This document shows, piece after piece, positions 63,140 to 64,000 of a stretch of DNA of 64,000 nucleotides (position 1 is the first letter of the stretch; each line of letters opens with the position of its first letter). The position numbers and the translations under genes were made by a program. The notes under the pieces are model-generated. The model was not told the origin of the DNA and made no database searches. It saw nothing but the letters and a program-made list of their open reading frames with translations. The DNA is from Acidobacteriota bacterium. GTDB lineage: Bacteria; Acidobacteriota; UBA890; WLXD01. The stretch spans positions 480,001 to 544,000 of the forward strand of contig CAXWPL010000002.1 in the NCBI GenBank assembly GCA_963666215.2, written 5' to 3'.

Positions 63140-63733
63140 ATGACCGAGCTGCGAGACGAGCGACTCGATTCCACGGCTGCGGCCGGCCTCCGGTTCGGCG
63201 TCGTGGTGTGTCGCGTGAATGGCAACGTGACGGAGCGTCTTCTGGAAGGTGCGCTCGAGGAACTGTGGGCGCACGGCGCTGCCGAGGACGACGTCCGGGT
63301 GGTCCGCGTGCCGGGGGCGTACGAGCTGCCGATGGGCGCTCAGCGGCTGATCGACACCATGTCGCCGCACGCGGTGATTTGTCTCGGAGCGCTGGTGCGC
63401 GGCGAAACGCCTCACTTCGATGTCCTGGCGCACTCCACAGCGATCGCCGTGCACGAGGTCGCGATGCGTGCTCGAGTGCCTATCGCATTCGGGTTGCTGA
63501 CTTGCGATACGATGAGCCAGGCGCTCGCGAGAGCCGGCGTGGAGGTAGGTGACGAGCGGCCGATCGCAAGTCCCAGCGCCACCACTGTCGTCTCGGGCAT
63601 TGCGGGCGCCACGGATAGGTCGAGTCGAGCGCTCACAACGCGTTCGAACAAAGGTGCCGAGGCGACATTGGCTGCTATCGAGATGGCCCTCTTGTTCGTC
63701 GACGTCGCCGACGACGTGGAACCTGCAACCTGA
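63140..63733 (+). CDS. ribH: 6,7-dimethyl-8-ribityllumazine synthase
   Basis: VPGAYELP, LGALVRGETPHF, FGLLT, QA..RAG, NKG.EA..AAIEM. Confidence 0.93.
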   Translation: MTELRDERLDSTAAAGLRFGVVVCRVNGNVTERLLEGALEELWAHGAAEDDVRVVRVPGAYELPMGAQRLIDTMSPHAVICLGALVRGETPHFDVLAHSTAIAVHEVAMRARVPIAFGLLTCDTMSQALARAGVEVGDERPIASPSATTVVSGIAGATDRSSRALTTRSNKGAEATLAAIEMALLFVDVADDVEPAT

Positions 63734-63751
63734 TTCGGGACGGCTGAGTCG

Positions 63752-64000
63752 ATGGGATACCGCCATCGCGGGCGCCAGCGCGCCATGCAGTGCCTGTACC
63801 AGTGGCAGGTTACCGGCCGCGATGTCGATCGCTGCCTGGACCTTTTCTGGCAGGCTCACAGCGACCTCGACGAGGTGCGCGCTTTTGCCACCGAGCTCGT
63901 GCGCGGGACCGTCGAGAACATCGAGCTCATTGACACGCTCATCGTCGAACAAGCGTCGAACTGGCGGCCCGATCGCATGGGAATCGTCGATCGCAGCATT
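63752..64000 (+). CDS. nusB: Transcription antitermination factor NusB (partial, runs off the window)
   Basis: Hand translation MGYRHRGRQRAMQCLYQWQ...LVRGTVENIELIDTLI...NWRPDRMGIVDRSI; follows ribH. Confidence 0.92.
   Translation, partial: MGYRHRGRQRAMQCLYQWQVTGRDVDRCLDLFWQAHSDLDEVRAFATELVRGTVENIELIDTLIVEQASNWRPDRMGIVDRSI

Overview
GC-rich bacterial chromosome segment, most likely from Acidobacteriota. That assignment is an inference from the PadR + ADOP-type ABC permease pair, the TolB-like kinase remnant and the lolC-lolD-clpC-bamA-lpx synteny. It has two parts. (1) About 1-11.8 kb is accessory DNA 3' of a tRNA-Thr(CGT) gene. It holds an IS481 element that interrupts an ADOP permease, a divergent OsmC/HxlR pair, and a roughly 9 kb integrase-less island bounded by a duplicated tRNA 3' half; the island carries a CzcCBA-like heavy-metal RND pump, a kinase remnant and PadR plus a truncated ADOP permease. 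(2) About 12.3-64 kb is core genome: smc, recG, rsmD, coaD, an aminotransferase, uvrBC, scpAB, rluB, cmk, rpsA, ihf, two acyl-CoA dehydrogenases, a split B12 acyl-CoA mutase, trxA, yceD-rpmF-plsX-fabD-fabG-acpP, lysS, lolC/E-lolD, clpC, bamA, lpxD-fabZ-lpxA-lpxI, a GnnA-like gene, ybdK, an RNase Z-like gene, a pmtA-like gene, a sugar kinase/nucleotidyltransferase pair, ruvX, mltG, ribH and nusB. The most notable observations are: pervasive in-frame low-complexity insertions in core proteins, many built from degenerate 9-nt tandem units; an acyl-CoA mutase with isobutyryl-CoA-mutase (Phe/Gln) residues linked to a pseudo-enzyme/enzyme ACAD pair, upstream of a fab operon lacking fabH and fabF; a short-armed SMC with a degenerate hinge; and a lumazine synthase with a large insertion in its capsid-determining loop. 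No CRISPR array or rRNA was seen. All product calls come from motif recognition; no database search was run.
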